Shown here piece by piece: positions 47,837 to 57,306 of a DNA stretch of 64,000 nt (its first letter is position 1; each line of letters starts with the position of its first letter). Made by a program: the position numbers and the translations under genes. Origin of the DNA: a virus. The notes under the pieces were generated by a model, which worked only from the letters and a program-made list of their open reading frames with translations, made no database searches and had not been told where the DNA came from. Where the stretch lies: the IMG/VR virus record IMGVR_UViG_3300028908_000008, positions 5,264-69,263 of that record; one strand, given 5' to 3'.

Positions 47837-48146
47837 TTAAAACCTCTTCTATCGCCATTTGCTTCTTAAACCTATCCATATCAAATTGATAGGAACATCT
47901 AGGAGAACAAAAATGTTTAGACTTTGAGTTTAGCAATGATTTTGAACACACTTTACATAAAATAGTACTCTCAAATTCTAAAGCATCTACATATTTTAAT
48001 CTGTTTAACTTAGCTGTTAAAGTTTTATATCGCTGTGCATGTCTGCAAGTAGGACATTTAACAACTCTAATATGAGTGCTATCTACTTTATTAGTACAAC
48101 CTTCAACATTACATGTTCTATTTCTTCGCCAGTCTTTCTCGTCCAA
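47727..48146 (-). CDS. Zinc-finger protein (2 units), related to 1646-2926
   Basis: RTCNVEGC...CPTC and CKVC...FCSPRC. Confidence 0.7.
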   Translation of the reverse strand: MDEKDWRRNRTCNVEGCTNKVDSTHIRVVKCPTCRHAQRYKTLTAKLNRLKYVDALEFESTILCKVCSKSLLNSKSKHFCSPRCSYQFDMDRFKKQMAIEEVLSETNRTEQALKRAIKDEKEYHEKYRTQRENQRENHE

Positions 48147-48165
48147 AACTACACCTTGTTTTAGA

Positions 48166-48456
48166 CTATTGTAGCTTTTTTCCCCTTTTTTGCAAAATCT
48201 TAACTTGTTCTTCCACCTCTTCTAAACTAAAAGCAAACATAGAAAAACCTTTAGATTCATGTACACTTTTAGATTCTAATCTTTGAAGGGGCTTGATTGT
48301 ATCCCCTTTATCCTTCACCTCTATTGCTAGAAATAAGCCATTTACACATGCAATAATATCTGCAATGCCTTTTCTATTACTAGAAACAGTAACAAAATTA
48401 TATATCTTTTGATCGTTAAGATATTTAATGATCCTCGTTTGTAGTTTAGATGCCAT
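48166..48456 (-). CDS. VRR-NUC domain nuclease
   Basis: SKLQTRI...GIADII...FLAIEVK....PLQ. Confidence 0.88.
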   Translation of the reverse strand: MASKLQTRIIKYLNDQKIYNFVTVSSNRKGIADIIACVNGLFLAIEVKDKGDTIKPLQRLESKSVHESKGFSMFAFSLEEVEEQVKILQKRGKKLQ

Positions 48457-49051
48457 CTTTCAATCGCTTTTTAAGTTTTTTGTAAATCTTCCATGTAGCT
48501 TCAATATCGCTGAGTGCATCATGGGCATTGATATTGATATTTAAATGTTTAGCTATTGTAGAGAGTCGATGATTAGGGAGTTTGTGAAAATCCCATTCAT
48601 TGATTAGAAAAAGTTTGACTAACTCATAAACATCAAAACCTTTATAGTTTATAAATCCCCCGTATATACCTTTGTTATCATTAAACCACATTTGTAACAT
48701 CTGCTCATCAAATCGAGAACTGTTGTACCCCATAGGTGTATAGTTGTCACCTCTTGAATAAGGGTCTACATATTCAGCCAAAAATAATTGAAATTTTCCA
48801 AATATTTTTTTTTGTGAGGGGTATGATTTTAAATCCTCTATAGAAGTATCCGTTATTTTTAAAGCTTCGTTACTTAGAAGAAAATCCCTATTAAGTGTAT
48901 AAGGATTCATTTTTTCATTGAACTTATCAACAATCTTCCCATTTGGAGCTATAATCAAGGCTCCAATTTGTGTAATTGCAGGTTGTTTTTTCTTGCCAAT
49001 TTGCAATAATCCTGTAGTTTCAACATCAAAACATAATGTGAACTTTTTCAT
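48446..49051 (-). CDS. DEDDh 3'-5' exonuclease (DnaQ-like)
   Basis: FDVETTG, GYNS.RFD, HDALSD. Confidence 0.92.
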   Translation of the reverse strand: MKKFTLCFDVETTGLLQIGKKKQPAITQIGALIIAPNGKIVDKFNEKMNPYTLNRDFLLSNEALKITDTSIEDLKSYPSQKKIFGKFQLFLAEYVDPYSRGDNYTPMGYNSSRFDEQMLQMWFNDNKGIYGGFINYKGFDVYELVKLFLINEWDFHKLPNHRLSTIAKHLNININAHDALSDIEATWKIYKKLKKRLKDGI

Positions 49052-49350
49052 TTTAAATCCTCCATAGACACTTTTGTTAAAGATGGCTCACATTTGTAAC
49101 ATTTATCACATTTGTAACCCATGGAGCTATACTCATCTCCTTTTCGATAAGGGTTTACATACTCACCTAAAGATATTTTAAATTTTTCAATTATCTTTTT
49201 TTGCAAGGGATGCGGTATCAGCTCTTCTTTTGTAGTAACAGTCATTCGTGAAACTTCATCACTTAGAGGAAAATCCTTATTGAGAGTGAAAGGCTTCATT
49301 TTCTGATTGATCTTGCCGTTTTGTAGTAGTTTAAGTGAAAACTTTTTCAT
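49048..49350 (-). CDS. Degenerate paralog of the adjacent exonuclease lacking catalytic motifs
   Basis: Aligns to 48446-49051 by eye; DxE motif absent and the C-terminal half replaced. Confidence 0.7.
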   Translation of the reverse strand: MKKFSLKLLQNGKINQKMKPFTLNKDFPLSDEVSRMTVTTKEELIPHPLQKKIIEKFKISLGEYVNPYRKGDEYSSMGYKCDKCYKCEPSLTKVSMEDLK

Positions 49351-49412
49351 GTTAAGTCCTTTTTTTAAGTATGTAATATTATACTCCAAAAGGACTTAAA
49401 AATATCTTCCTT

Positions 49413-49877
49413 TTAGGGTACTAGATTGCCATTTAAGTAAAATAACTTAAAAATATTGTTATTTTTAGTTATCGCTTCAAGTTTATAATCATTTGTATAT
49501 TTCTCAAGTATTGTAAGTGCGTCATCTGTGAGGACAAGTTCAAAGTCTGCAAATTTTAAAATAAGATTTAAATTACAAACCTCATCTTTACTAAACGCCC
49601 CGATTTGAATATCTTTTCTATCAAAATTTAAAGCTCTTAGTTCCGTATATTGATTTAACACATGAAGTTTCATAGCATCACTTATTTTGCAAGAAGAGTT
49701 ATCAATATTCAATACATCTCTATAAGGTAGAAATAGGAATTTATCCTCTTTATTACGAATCTTTTCAACCGCTTCGTATTTATCTATATCAAATACAAGA
49801 CTTGATTGATCTAGTATCGACTGTGAACTAGAATATAACTGTATAACTGTAAGTAGTAGAAAAAATATATTTTTCAA
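49413..49877 (-). CDS. secreted hypothetical protein
   Basis: Signal-peptide-like N-terminus; own TGATATAAT box. Confidence 0.65.
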   Translation of the reverse strand: MKNIFFLLLTVIQLYSSSQSILDQSSLVFDIDKYEAVEKIRNKEDKFLFLPYRDVLNIDNSSCKISDAMKLHVLNQYTELRALNFDRKDIQIGAFSKDEVCNLNLILKFADFELVLTDDALTILEKYTNDYKLEAITKNNNIFKLFYLNGNLVP

Positions 49878-49917
49878 TTTTAACCTTTCAAATAGTTTGA
49901 AAAATTATATCAAAAAT

Positions 49918-50264
49918 TTAATCTTTCAAGCTATTCTCTAAAATCTCATACTCTTTATCAATCATAATTGTTTCAATTACTTGCAATAATTGCATATCTA
50001 GTTTGTTATATTTAATCTTCATCATTTTAAGTAAAGAGAATATATCTGTATAGTTTAGCGATGCTTTCATGCTTCCTTGTTGACCAAGGCTTTTATAGTG
50101 CCACGAATTACTAACTAAAGAGTAAATATGTATTAACTTCTCACTTCTTTTAGATAAATAAGGAGCTTGATACTCCTTAGATATTTTTAGTCCTTCTTTG
50201 GTCGCCATTTTAAGATATTCTTGAAGCCCTTCATCAAAAAGCCACTTGAAATATTCTTTTAGGC
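49918..50264 (-). CDS. Tail assembly chaperone, -1 frameshift extension (gpT-like)
   Basis: The -1 frame is open from the slippery site into ORF 49918-50208. Confidence 0.8.
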
Positions 50265-50687
50265 GTTTCCCTCATATAAGATAGGCTCTAAAGTAGCAAC
50301 TATGATGAGTTCTAACCACATAATTAGCTCACCTATTTGCAAATCATCGGCTACATCAGTTAAGCCTTTTAAATCTAAAATAGAGTCTAGGAATTTATCT
50401 CTTTCATCTATATTGGTTGTTTGAAATGTATATTTCGTAATATCAATCTTCTTTTTTCTTAGAGATTTAATCTCTTTTCTAGTTAGTGAGCCTACAGTGT
50501 TAATCAACTCTTTGGTTTGAAGCTTATAGTTTAGAAGTTTTTGAATATACTCTTCTTGCTCTTTTGCTAATTCCATAGCTTTTTTTTGATCTTCTTCCTC
50601 TTTTTTAATGAATAACTCTATCGCTTCGGGAGTTAAGTTATTCATAAATTCTACTGATTCATCTATGTTTTTTGCCATGATGCACAT
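50259..50687 (-). CDS. Tail assembly chaperone (gpG-like)
   Basis: Follows the tail tube; ends in a slippery heptamer. Confidence 0.75.
   Translation of the reverse strand: MCIMAKNIDESVEFMNNLTPEAIELFIKKEEEDQKKAMELAKEQEEYIQKLLNYKLQTKELINTVGSLTRKEIKSLRKKKIDITKYTFQTTNIDERDKFLDSILDLKGLTDVADDLQIGELIMWLELIIVATLEPILYEGNA
50265..50271 (-). other. Programmed -1 ribosomal frameshift site G GGA AAC
   Basis: XXXYYYZ heptamer in the correct phase just before the gpG-like stop. Confidence 0.85.
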
Positions 50688-50742
50688 TGCCTTTCAATTT
50701 TTAGTTGTACAATCATAGCAAAAAAATCTAATCAATCAAAGC

Positions 50743-51714
50743 TTAAGCGTAATTTGCTTGTGCATTAACTAGAGTAATTTTTAATCTCTCTGTAGAAGTA
50801 GCACTTCTTGAAGCGATATAAGTTGTATCTAACATTAACTTTTCTCCATAAACTGCAGGAGTAGTTTTGTATGCGAATTGTACCTCTTTCATATAATAAG
50901 TAAGCGATTTAGTATTATCTGCATTTTCATATTTTATTTCAACTTCATTTTTAAGATTTTTAACCAAAGTTTCATGTAGTACAGCATCAAATAAACCTGC
51001 TACGCTTCCATTTACTGATAGTTCTTTTTCCCAAACATCTTTTTGATTACCTATTAATTCATCAACTTGCATACCTAAATCAACATTGATACCAAATTTA
51101 GAGAGTTTAGCAGGTTGGTTGTTCACTTTTACAGTCGCTCTGTTTGTATCTAATGCGAATCTATCCATATTAACTTGTTTACCAGTCGCTAAAGCTACAA
51201 TAGGATTAGGGTTATCTCGTGAAGTTCTAAATTTACTTGCAACTAATCCAAGAGATAGAGTATTTAAACCTCTTCCACTTACTTCATGAGCATAAGTTGA
51301 AGCTTTTACACCATTGTATCTTTCAACATAGTCAACTGGAGGATTAACACAATCATCATCATTGTTAAATATATTCTCTAAACTCCAGCACGGCTTACAT
51401 CTTTTAGTAGTATCAAAAGTGTGAGTATAAGTACCGTCTCCATTATCGACCGTTGAAGGATCACCAAATAACATTGTGAAATATAATCCTACTTGTTCAA
51501 AATAGATTGTACTAGCTAAAGAACCATTTATATCACTACCAGTAATAACAACCTCACCACCACCGTCGGCATGTTCATTTATACAACCATCACCTTCACT
51601 TGTTTCAGTCATTGCTAGTCCACTATTTTTAACACACACTGGGTATAAAATAGGGTCTAAATGATCTTCACCACATGTTGTCTCTCTTGCAAGACTTACT
51701 TTTATTGGTTTCAT
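50743..51714 (-). CDS. Major tail (tube) protein
   Basis: E.TCGE start, YTHTF, SLE, RYNGVK, KITLVN end; position after the neck genes. Confidence 0.8.
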   Translation of the reverse strand: MKPIKVSLARETTCGEDHLDPILYPVCVKNSGLAMTETSEGDGCINEHADGGGEVVITGSDINGSLASTIYFEQVGLYFTMLFGDPSTVDNGDGTYTHTFDTTKRCKPCWSLENIFNNDDDCVNPPVDYVERYNGVKASTYAHEVSGRGLNTLSLGLVASKFRTSRDNPNPIVALATGKQVNMDRFALDTNRATVKVNNQPAKLSKFGINVDLGMQVDELIGNQKDVWEKELSVNGSVAGLFDAVLHETLVKNLKNEVEIKYENADNTKSLTYYMKEVQFAYKTTPAVYGEKLMLDTTYIASRSATSTERLKITLVNAQANYA

Positions 51715-51758
51715 CTGCTTATCTCCATTATTAAATTTTCACCATTTTAACAAAATCA

Positions 51759-52376
51759 CTATTTTCCAATATTTGAAATATTTTCATTCCATTGTCTTTT
51801 AGCCTCTTTTTCAAATATTCCCACAAAATTAGTAATTTTCATGTGTGGATGAGGTTGTCGATCTACATAACCCCTTTTTACAACTCCCATGAAGCCTGAC
51901 ATTGCAAATAAAGCTCTTTGTTTTTTAGTTAAGTATTTTCTCCCACCTTCAAACATATCCTCTGTTATATGGCTTACAAATGTACCTCTTGCTCTACCAT
52001 TTGGGGATTGTACGCCGTTTTTAAAAGTGTATTTTTTAAAAGCTTTTGTATCCATATAACCTATAACTACTTTGTTTTGGTGTGGAAAAAGCTTTGATCG
52101 TGTAAATTGTGCCAAAGATGTATCTAACTTCCCACCTCTTACCCTATCTAGTCTTTCATAATGTCGTTTAGTAGTTTTTCCAACAGTTATGCGTCTACGA
52201 CCATTCACAAATTTTTGATTAAAATTACTTTTACTACCATACTGTTCAGCCGATTTAATAATAGATTTTCTAACTTCCAAGCCGCCAAAGTGTAAAGCCT
52301 GATTGAATAGACCACTTGAACGATCAGCAAGTTTCTTTAAAATAGGAGATATTCCATCATCTATAGTAACAGTCAT
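51759..52376 (-). CDS. Putative tail completion / neck protein
   Basis: Basic 205-aa protein upstream of the tube gene. Confidence 0.55.
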   Translation of the reverse strand: MTVTIDDGISPILKKLADRSSGLFNQALHFGGLEVRKSIIKSAEQYGSKSNFNQKFVNGRRRITVGKTTKRHYERLDRVRGGKLDTSLAQFTRSKLFPHQNKVVIGYMDTKAFKKYTFKNGVQSPNGRARGTFVSHITEDMFEGGRKYLTKKQRALFAMSGFMGVVKRGYVDRQPHPHMKITNFVGIFEKEAKRQWNENISNIGK

Positions 52377-52585
52377 AAAGTTACCTCTTTTTTGAAGAGA
52401 TTATATCATTTTGGCGTGATTTGGCGTGATTTAAACTTATTTTGTAATTTATTATTTATTTAAGGTTATTTTAATAATCTTTTTTGTAGAATGTTTTTAA
52501 CGAAAGATAAGAGATATCTTTTAAGAAGTTGAAGAGGTGTTTAGAACCTCTTCTTATATATTTAACACCATTAAAGGAATAAAAA

Positions 52586-52885
52586 ATGTCAAATAGTAAT
52601 ATCAGTGTACCAAAATTAGAATTAAAAGACCTTGAAGAGATTGAAGAGGTTGTTATTAGGTTTGAAGATTTAAAAGAAGCTGAAGAGATTGTTAATGGGC
52701 TTAGAGATAAACTTAGATCACTTGAAGAACTAATCAAACTTAGCGATACTATTAAAAACCTGCAAGTAAAGAAACTTGAGGAAGAATTAATTAGAAAAGA
52801 TACTTTGATTTTAGATAGAGATTGCAAAATAGAAAAATTGACTTATGAAAATAATCAACTAAAAAAGAGTATTAGTAATCAATAG
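52586..52885 (+). CDS. coiled-coil protein (opposite-strand insertion)
   Basis: 99 aa, AAGGA RBS. Confidence 0.7.
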   Translation: MSNSNISVPKLELKDLEEIEEVVIRFEDLKEAEEIVNGLRDKLRSLEELIKLSDTIKNLQVKKLEEELIRKDTLILDRDCKIEKLTYENNQLKKSISNQ

Positions 52886-52979
52886 TACATTTCAACCAAG
52901 CGTTTGAGAGGTTAATCCCTCTCTCCACCAAATTAAAATAAAAACAAAAACAAAAATTAAAATAAAAAAAGGAAATAAA

Positions 52980-53201
52980 ATGGCAAAATTAAACTTAGAC
53001 GATTTAACGAACAAAGTAGCAGGTAAAGAGTTGGTAAAACCAAAAAAAGAAAAGATAATGCAATTAAATTTAAAAGCTCCAGTATCTTTGAAAAATAGAA
53101 TTGATAAGTATGCAGAAATTTTAAACATTGGCAAGTCTGAATTGATGATTATCCTAATAAATGACGGCTTAGAAAAACTAGAACAAGCTAAAAAAGATTA
53201 G
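52980..53201 (+). CDS. RHH-like DNA-binding protein (ParG/CopG-like)
   Basis: Flexible N-terminus then QLNLKAPVSLKNRIDKYA...GKSELM. Confidence 0.7.
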   Translation: MAKLNLDDLTNKVAGKELVKPKKEKIMQLNLKAPVSLKNRIDKYAEILNIGKSELMIILINDGLEKLEQAKKD

Positions 53202-53218
53202 AGGTTAAACCCCTCTAA

Positions 53219-53743
53219 TCACCTACAAGACCCATTAATACTCTCATTACCAATGCAAAAGTCGTTTTCTTCAGTAATATTAAGCCTTATATACCCTCTA
53301 TACTCATTATGATTACTAACGACCCTCAAAGGTTCAGCAAAACTATCAATATCGGCAAAATCATAACACCTCAAAGCATCACAGAAATTAATTGCTTCAA
53401 TGATTAGTTTATTAATCTCTTCAACCTCATCTATACCCTCATATACGATAATGTCATTGATTCTAGGTTTATCAAAGTATTCATCCTCATGAACTACTAA
53501 GACATGTATTCCCAAACCGTACTCTTTATATTCAGAAGTAGTGCCATCTAATCTACTAACACTATCTAGGATTATTAAGGGACAATGTTTATAAAAATTC
53601 TCACTGTACTCATCTCTATCTAATACTAAACCTCTAATATATGTTAGTGATTTATTAAATAAACCTTCAACATAATTATTTAATGGTGCATAAGATTTAC
53701 ATGCGTCAATAATTTGAGTTCCTATTATTTTATTAGTTGTCAT
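53219..53743 (-). CDS. Putative tail terminator
   Basis: Position, size and P-hydrophobic motif. Confidence 0.5.
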   Translation of the reverse strand: MTTNKIIGTQIIDACKSYAPLNNYVEGLFNKSLTYIRGLVLDRDEYSENFYKHCPLIILDSVSRLDGTTSEYKEYGLGIHVLVVHEDEYFDKPRINDIIVYEGIDEVEEINKLIIEAINFCDALRCYDFADIDSFAEPLRVVSNHNEYRGYIRLNITEENDFCIGNESINGSCR

Positions 53744-54096
53744 TTTCGACGCCCTCTATAGTGCATTTCACTCTCATGTGAGCGGGTAAAAATATCGTAT
53801 AGATTAGAATATTCATTCACTTGTTTCCAACTTTCAACTAGATAAGTATCACCATTGTATTTAATAGCATCTCTTCTCATGGGTTCATTCTCTAAATCAA
53901 CCATACAAAACTTTCTAAGATCAAATCGTGTTTCTTCCCCGTCTTTATCGTTTAAATCACACGCTACAAACGCCCTAACTTTAACTTCTTGATTGCTTCT
54001 TCTATAAACATAGATGATGTTTTCACCTGCTCCCATATCTCTATTGACCTGATGTAATTCTATTTGATTCATTAAAGATAGGATATTTTTAACCAT
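53740..54096 (-). CDS. Putative head-tail joining protein (FII-like)
   Basis: P.RRD.IKYNG.TYLV; position. Confidence 0.6.
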   Translation of the reverse strand: MVKNILSLMNQIELHQVNRDMGAGENIIYVYRRSNQEVKVRAFVACDLNDKDGEETRFDLRKFCMVDLENEPMRRDAIKYNGDTYLVESWKQVNEYSNLYDIFTRSHESEMHYRGRRK

Positions 54097-54098
54097 GA

Positions 54099-54284
54099 TT
54101 AATTCTTTTTTGTAGGTTTTTTTCTTGTAGTTTTAGGTTTTTCACTCTTTTTTTCAACTATACTAACATCTATAATCTCTTCAACTATATAGTCTTTTAA
54201 TTTTTCTGCTAATTCTTTTGATATTTCTACTTCTGTATTTGGAGGGTTACCATTCCAGTAGCCTTTTAATTTAACTTTTACCAT
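54099..54284 (-). CDS. small head-associated protein
   Basis: VKVKL...GNPP..EVEIS...AEKL, directly after the capsid gene. Confidence 0.6.
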   Translation of the reverse strand: MVKVKLKGYWNGNPPNTEVEISKELAEKLKDYIVEEIIDVSIVEKKSEKPKTTRKKPTKKN

Positions 54285-54335
54285 GTTTTTTCCTTCTAGT
54301 TTGATAGGGGTTTTAAGTCCCTATCAAAAATTCTA

Positions 54336-55454
54336 TTAATCAACTACCCATCTTTGAAATACATCAGGGAATTTAATATAAGGTGCAAATGCACTCATCA
54401 TTGCGATTTCTGCCATAGTTTGAGCATCGTTCACAGTAGAATAAGTTCTAATTCTTTTACTTTGCCATTGAGCCGTCATCTTAGTATCATTTCCATTTAC
54501 AGAAACAAAAGGAATTTGACCATAAATCCAACCTGCTACAGAAGGGTTATTTTTATGAAATGTTACAAACATAGCTGTATTATCAGCAATTAGTCTACTC
54601 TCATTACCACCGATATCACTTAGAACACCAATAGAGTAATAAACAGGTAGATTAATCTCTTCGATATAACCTAAAAATAACAAATCATCACTTAGTTTCT
54701 TACTATCTTTCTCTGCTCCAAACGCTCTTGCAAATGCTCTTGGATAATCAGGATTATAAGAACTTTGACCTACTTTTGGGTGAGCCAAGAATAAATTTTT
54801 AGCTTTTCTATCTAAAATTAGTGCATCAGGTCTAACACCTGCACCGACTTTCTTACCTCCAGCAGTAGTTACAATTCTATTTGGAAAATCTTCCCATGCT
54901 TCAACAATTTGTCTAATTGGATCAGAATTATCTGTATCACTCCAAGCATCAGTAGTTCCAGTTAGAATTGTAGGAGCAGGTAAACCCATTGCAATAGTGC
55001 CGTTATGATGTTTAATCTCACCAGTACTTAACAAATCATAACCCATTTTAACGGCTAATAGTTGTCTTCTTCTCTCTAAAATAGAATAAGGTTGTAGTCT
55101 TGCCATTTTTTGTTGATAATCTCTTTGCTCTTCAGGCGTTTTAGCTTCAAAACCATCTCTGATAATTTTATCATCTGGTGAAATTGCTTTACTCTCATGG
55201 AATTGAGGTAATTTGAACTTGAAGCTTGTTGTTCCATCTTCATGCCTAACTCTTGTACTTGAAGCGAAAAAATCACCCGTTGTACCGACTCTGTCACTCT
55301 CTACAAAAGTTTTGATTTCAAACTCTTCACCTGCATATACAGGAGCCTTTGAAAAGTCACCAAAAATTAGATTGACCAAACTCATATCAATATATGAAAC
55401 TGATAAAAGTCTCTCTATTACTTGTTCTTTAGGATTTCTTATAACTTTTGCCAT
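54336..55454 (-). CDS. Major capsid protein (lambda gpE-like)
   Basis: 372 aa, WSD.DNSDPI, YG..P, SA..P; follows protease and decoration genes. Confidence 0.85.
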   Translation of the reverse strand: MAKVIRNPKEQVIERLLSVSYIDMSLVNLIFGDFSKAPVYAGEEFEIKTFVESDRVGTTGDFFASSTRVRHEDGTTSFKFKLPQFHESKAISPDDKIIRDGFEAKTPEEQRDYQQKMARLQPYSILERRRQLLAVKMGYDLLSTGEIKHHNGTIAMGLPAPTILTGTTDAWSDTDNSDPIRQIVEAWEDFPNRIVTTAGGKKVGAGVRPDALILDRKAKNLFLAHPKVGQSSYNPDYPRAFARAFGAEKDSKKLSDDLLFLGYIEEINLPVYYSIGVLSDIGGNESRLIADNTAMFVTFHKNNPSVAGWIYGQIPFVSVNGNDTKMTAQWQSKRIRTYSTVNDAQTMAEIAMMSAFAPYIKFPDVFQRWVVD

Positions 55455-55455
55455 C

Positions 55456-55887
55456 TTAATTAACTCCTTTATCAGCAGGTTTTACCGCTTGATATTCAAT
55501 ATTATCTACTAATGGTAGTCTACCATTTAGTTCTAGGTCTGCAAAATCATCGTATGTTTTACCTTCCCAATAAATAAGTTCTTTTGCAATACCTCTAGGA
55601 CTTGCAAAGATTACATCACCCTCACATGCTACACCATCCATTGAATCATAATCATGTAACATATAGCCATATAATTTAGTACCATCACCGCCCAACGCTT
55701 TGACTTTATTAATAACGCTATCACCTTTCACAGTATTAGCAGGAGCTGTACCATCAAGTTCTACGGCTTCACCTCTACCCAGTTGTACATTAGCAGGGAT
55801 TGCTACTCTTCTAGTTGTATAGTTATGACCATACATCACCAACTCACTTAAGTCCACAAAAGGGGCTATTGTTGCTCTAAGTGCCAT
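55456..55887 (-). CDS. Head decoration protein (gpD-like)
   Basis: Position between protease and capsid; LGRGEAV. Confidence 0.65.
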   Translation of the reverse strand: MALRATIAPFVDLSELVMYGHNYTTRRVAIPANVQLGRGEAVELDGTAPANTVKGDSVINKVKALGGDGTKLYGYMLHDYDSMDGVACEGDVIFASPRGIAKELIYWEGKTYDDFADLELNGRLPLVDNIEYQAVKPADKGVN

Positions 55888-57116
55888 TAGATTACTCCTT
55901 CGTTAGCCATTGCAATAATTGTATCTACACTTTCATTGCTAACATATTCTTTCTCGTCTGTACTAGCTTTTTCTTCTTCTTTGTTGCCATCTAATTGACT
56001 CATAGAAGTAGTAGCACCCTCACTTGCATCGGTTTTACTTTTTAGTAAAAATAAACCTGCTTCACCTTCGCTCATGCTAAGCATTTTAATAGCTTGATCT
56101 TTACTAGCTCCATATTCAAACGCCATTGATACAATATTTTCGATTGCACTCATATTAACGCCATCATTAGATTTACTTTCAAGATTTTTAATTACTTCAT
56201 CTTTAGCTTTTAAATCAGCCGTTAAAGTTTCAATCTTGTTAGTTGCTAAACCAATTTCAGCACTTAAAACCTCAACAGATTTAACAGATTTACTTGTTTT
56301 ATCATCAGCCATATTTGACTCCTCTTTATTTAAATTTGAAAGTATTGTATCAAAAGAGTCAATTTTGTTTAAAAATCCAAAGCTCAGAGCATCTTTAGAC
56401 ATAACAATATCGCCTTTATTAAAGTATTTTACTATTTCATCCCTACTTAATCCAGTATTTCTACTTACTCGCGAATGAAACAAATCTTCTAAATCGTTTA
56501 TTTGGTTAGTTATTTTAGTTTTACAATCCCCATTTAATGAACAGTTTTTATTTTCAGCATTTTTTGAAACAATTATTACAGTGTCTTTATCTACACCTCT
56601 ATCCCTATAAGTAGACATTACACCAATAGACCCTATAAAAGCTAATTCACTAGCATAGAGTTTATCACTTGCACTAAAAGCCCATACACCCGCACTACAA
56701 CCATAATTTTCATAATAAGTTATAGTTTCTTTTTTACTGTTATATATAAGTTCTCCAATGTTATCAACTCCACTAACATCGCCGCCAACAGTATCAACTC
56801 TTAGAATAATACGCTTCACTGAAGGATTGTTTTCGGCAGAAACTAGATGTTTCTCAATCTCTTCATAGGAAGTGAATCCACCACACCAAGCCGACATGAT
56901 AGTATGCTTCTTTATCATTGCACCTTCTATTCTAATGATCGCATTATTGTTATTGTCTATAGTCATGCTACAAGATGGTAAAACTTCAACTTCGTTAGAT
57001 GAAGCTTCTAATTTAGGTACGCCATTATTTACTGTAGATATTAAAGTTTCTAAATAATTTGGTTCTACGGCAAAATAAGCATTGTCGAAATAGCTTTTAA
57101 TTTGAGCAGTTCGCAT
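55887..57116 (-). CDS. S49 capsid maturation protease with a C-terminal scaffold
   Basis: DTVGG, CSAGVW, GSIGV; internal MADD start preceded by GAGGAG suggests a nested scaffold protein. Confidence 0.9.
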   Translation of the reverse strand: MRTAQIKSYFDNAYFAVEPNYLETLISTVNNGVPKLEASSNEVEVLPSCSMTIDNNNNAIIRIEGAMIKKHTIMSAWCGGFTSYEEIEKHLVSAENNPSVKRIILRVDTVGGDVSGVDNIGELIYNSKKETITYYENYGCSAGVWAFSASDKLYASELAFIGSIGVMSTYRDRGVDKDTVIIVSKNAENKNCSLNGDCKTKITNQINDLEDLFHSRVSRNTGLSRDEIVKYFNKGDIVMSKDALSFGFLNKIDSFDTILSNLNKEESNMADDKTSKSVKSVEVLSAEIGLATNKIETLTADLKAKDEVIKNLESKSNDGVNMSAIENIVSMAFEYGASKDQAIKMLSMSEGEAGLFLLKSKTDASEGATTSMSQLDGNKEEEKASTDEKEYVSNESVDTIIAMANEGVI

Positions 57117-57164
57117 ATTAATCTCCAATTTTTTAGAGATAGTTTAACAAAGTTAAGATTTTAG

Positions 57165-57300
57165 GGAGTAGGAAGAGAAGCCGTACAATCTAAAAAAGGA
57201 GGAGAGTGTACGGCTACTTTGTGAAAATGGAACATCATTTAGTTTTTTAAAGGTTGAAACGACTAAAAAAGGATTAAGTTAAAAAATCGTTTCAAGCCTT
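57165..57300. other. Intergenic twin hairpins with TAAAAAAGGA loops (possible small RNA)
   Basis: AGCCGTACA/TGTACGGCT and TTGAAACGA/TCGTTTCAA stems. Confidence 0.5.
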
Positions 57301-57306
57301 ACTATA

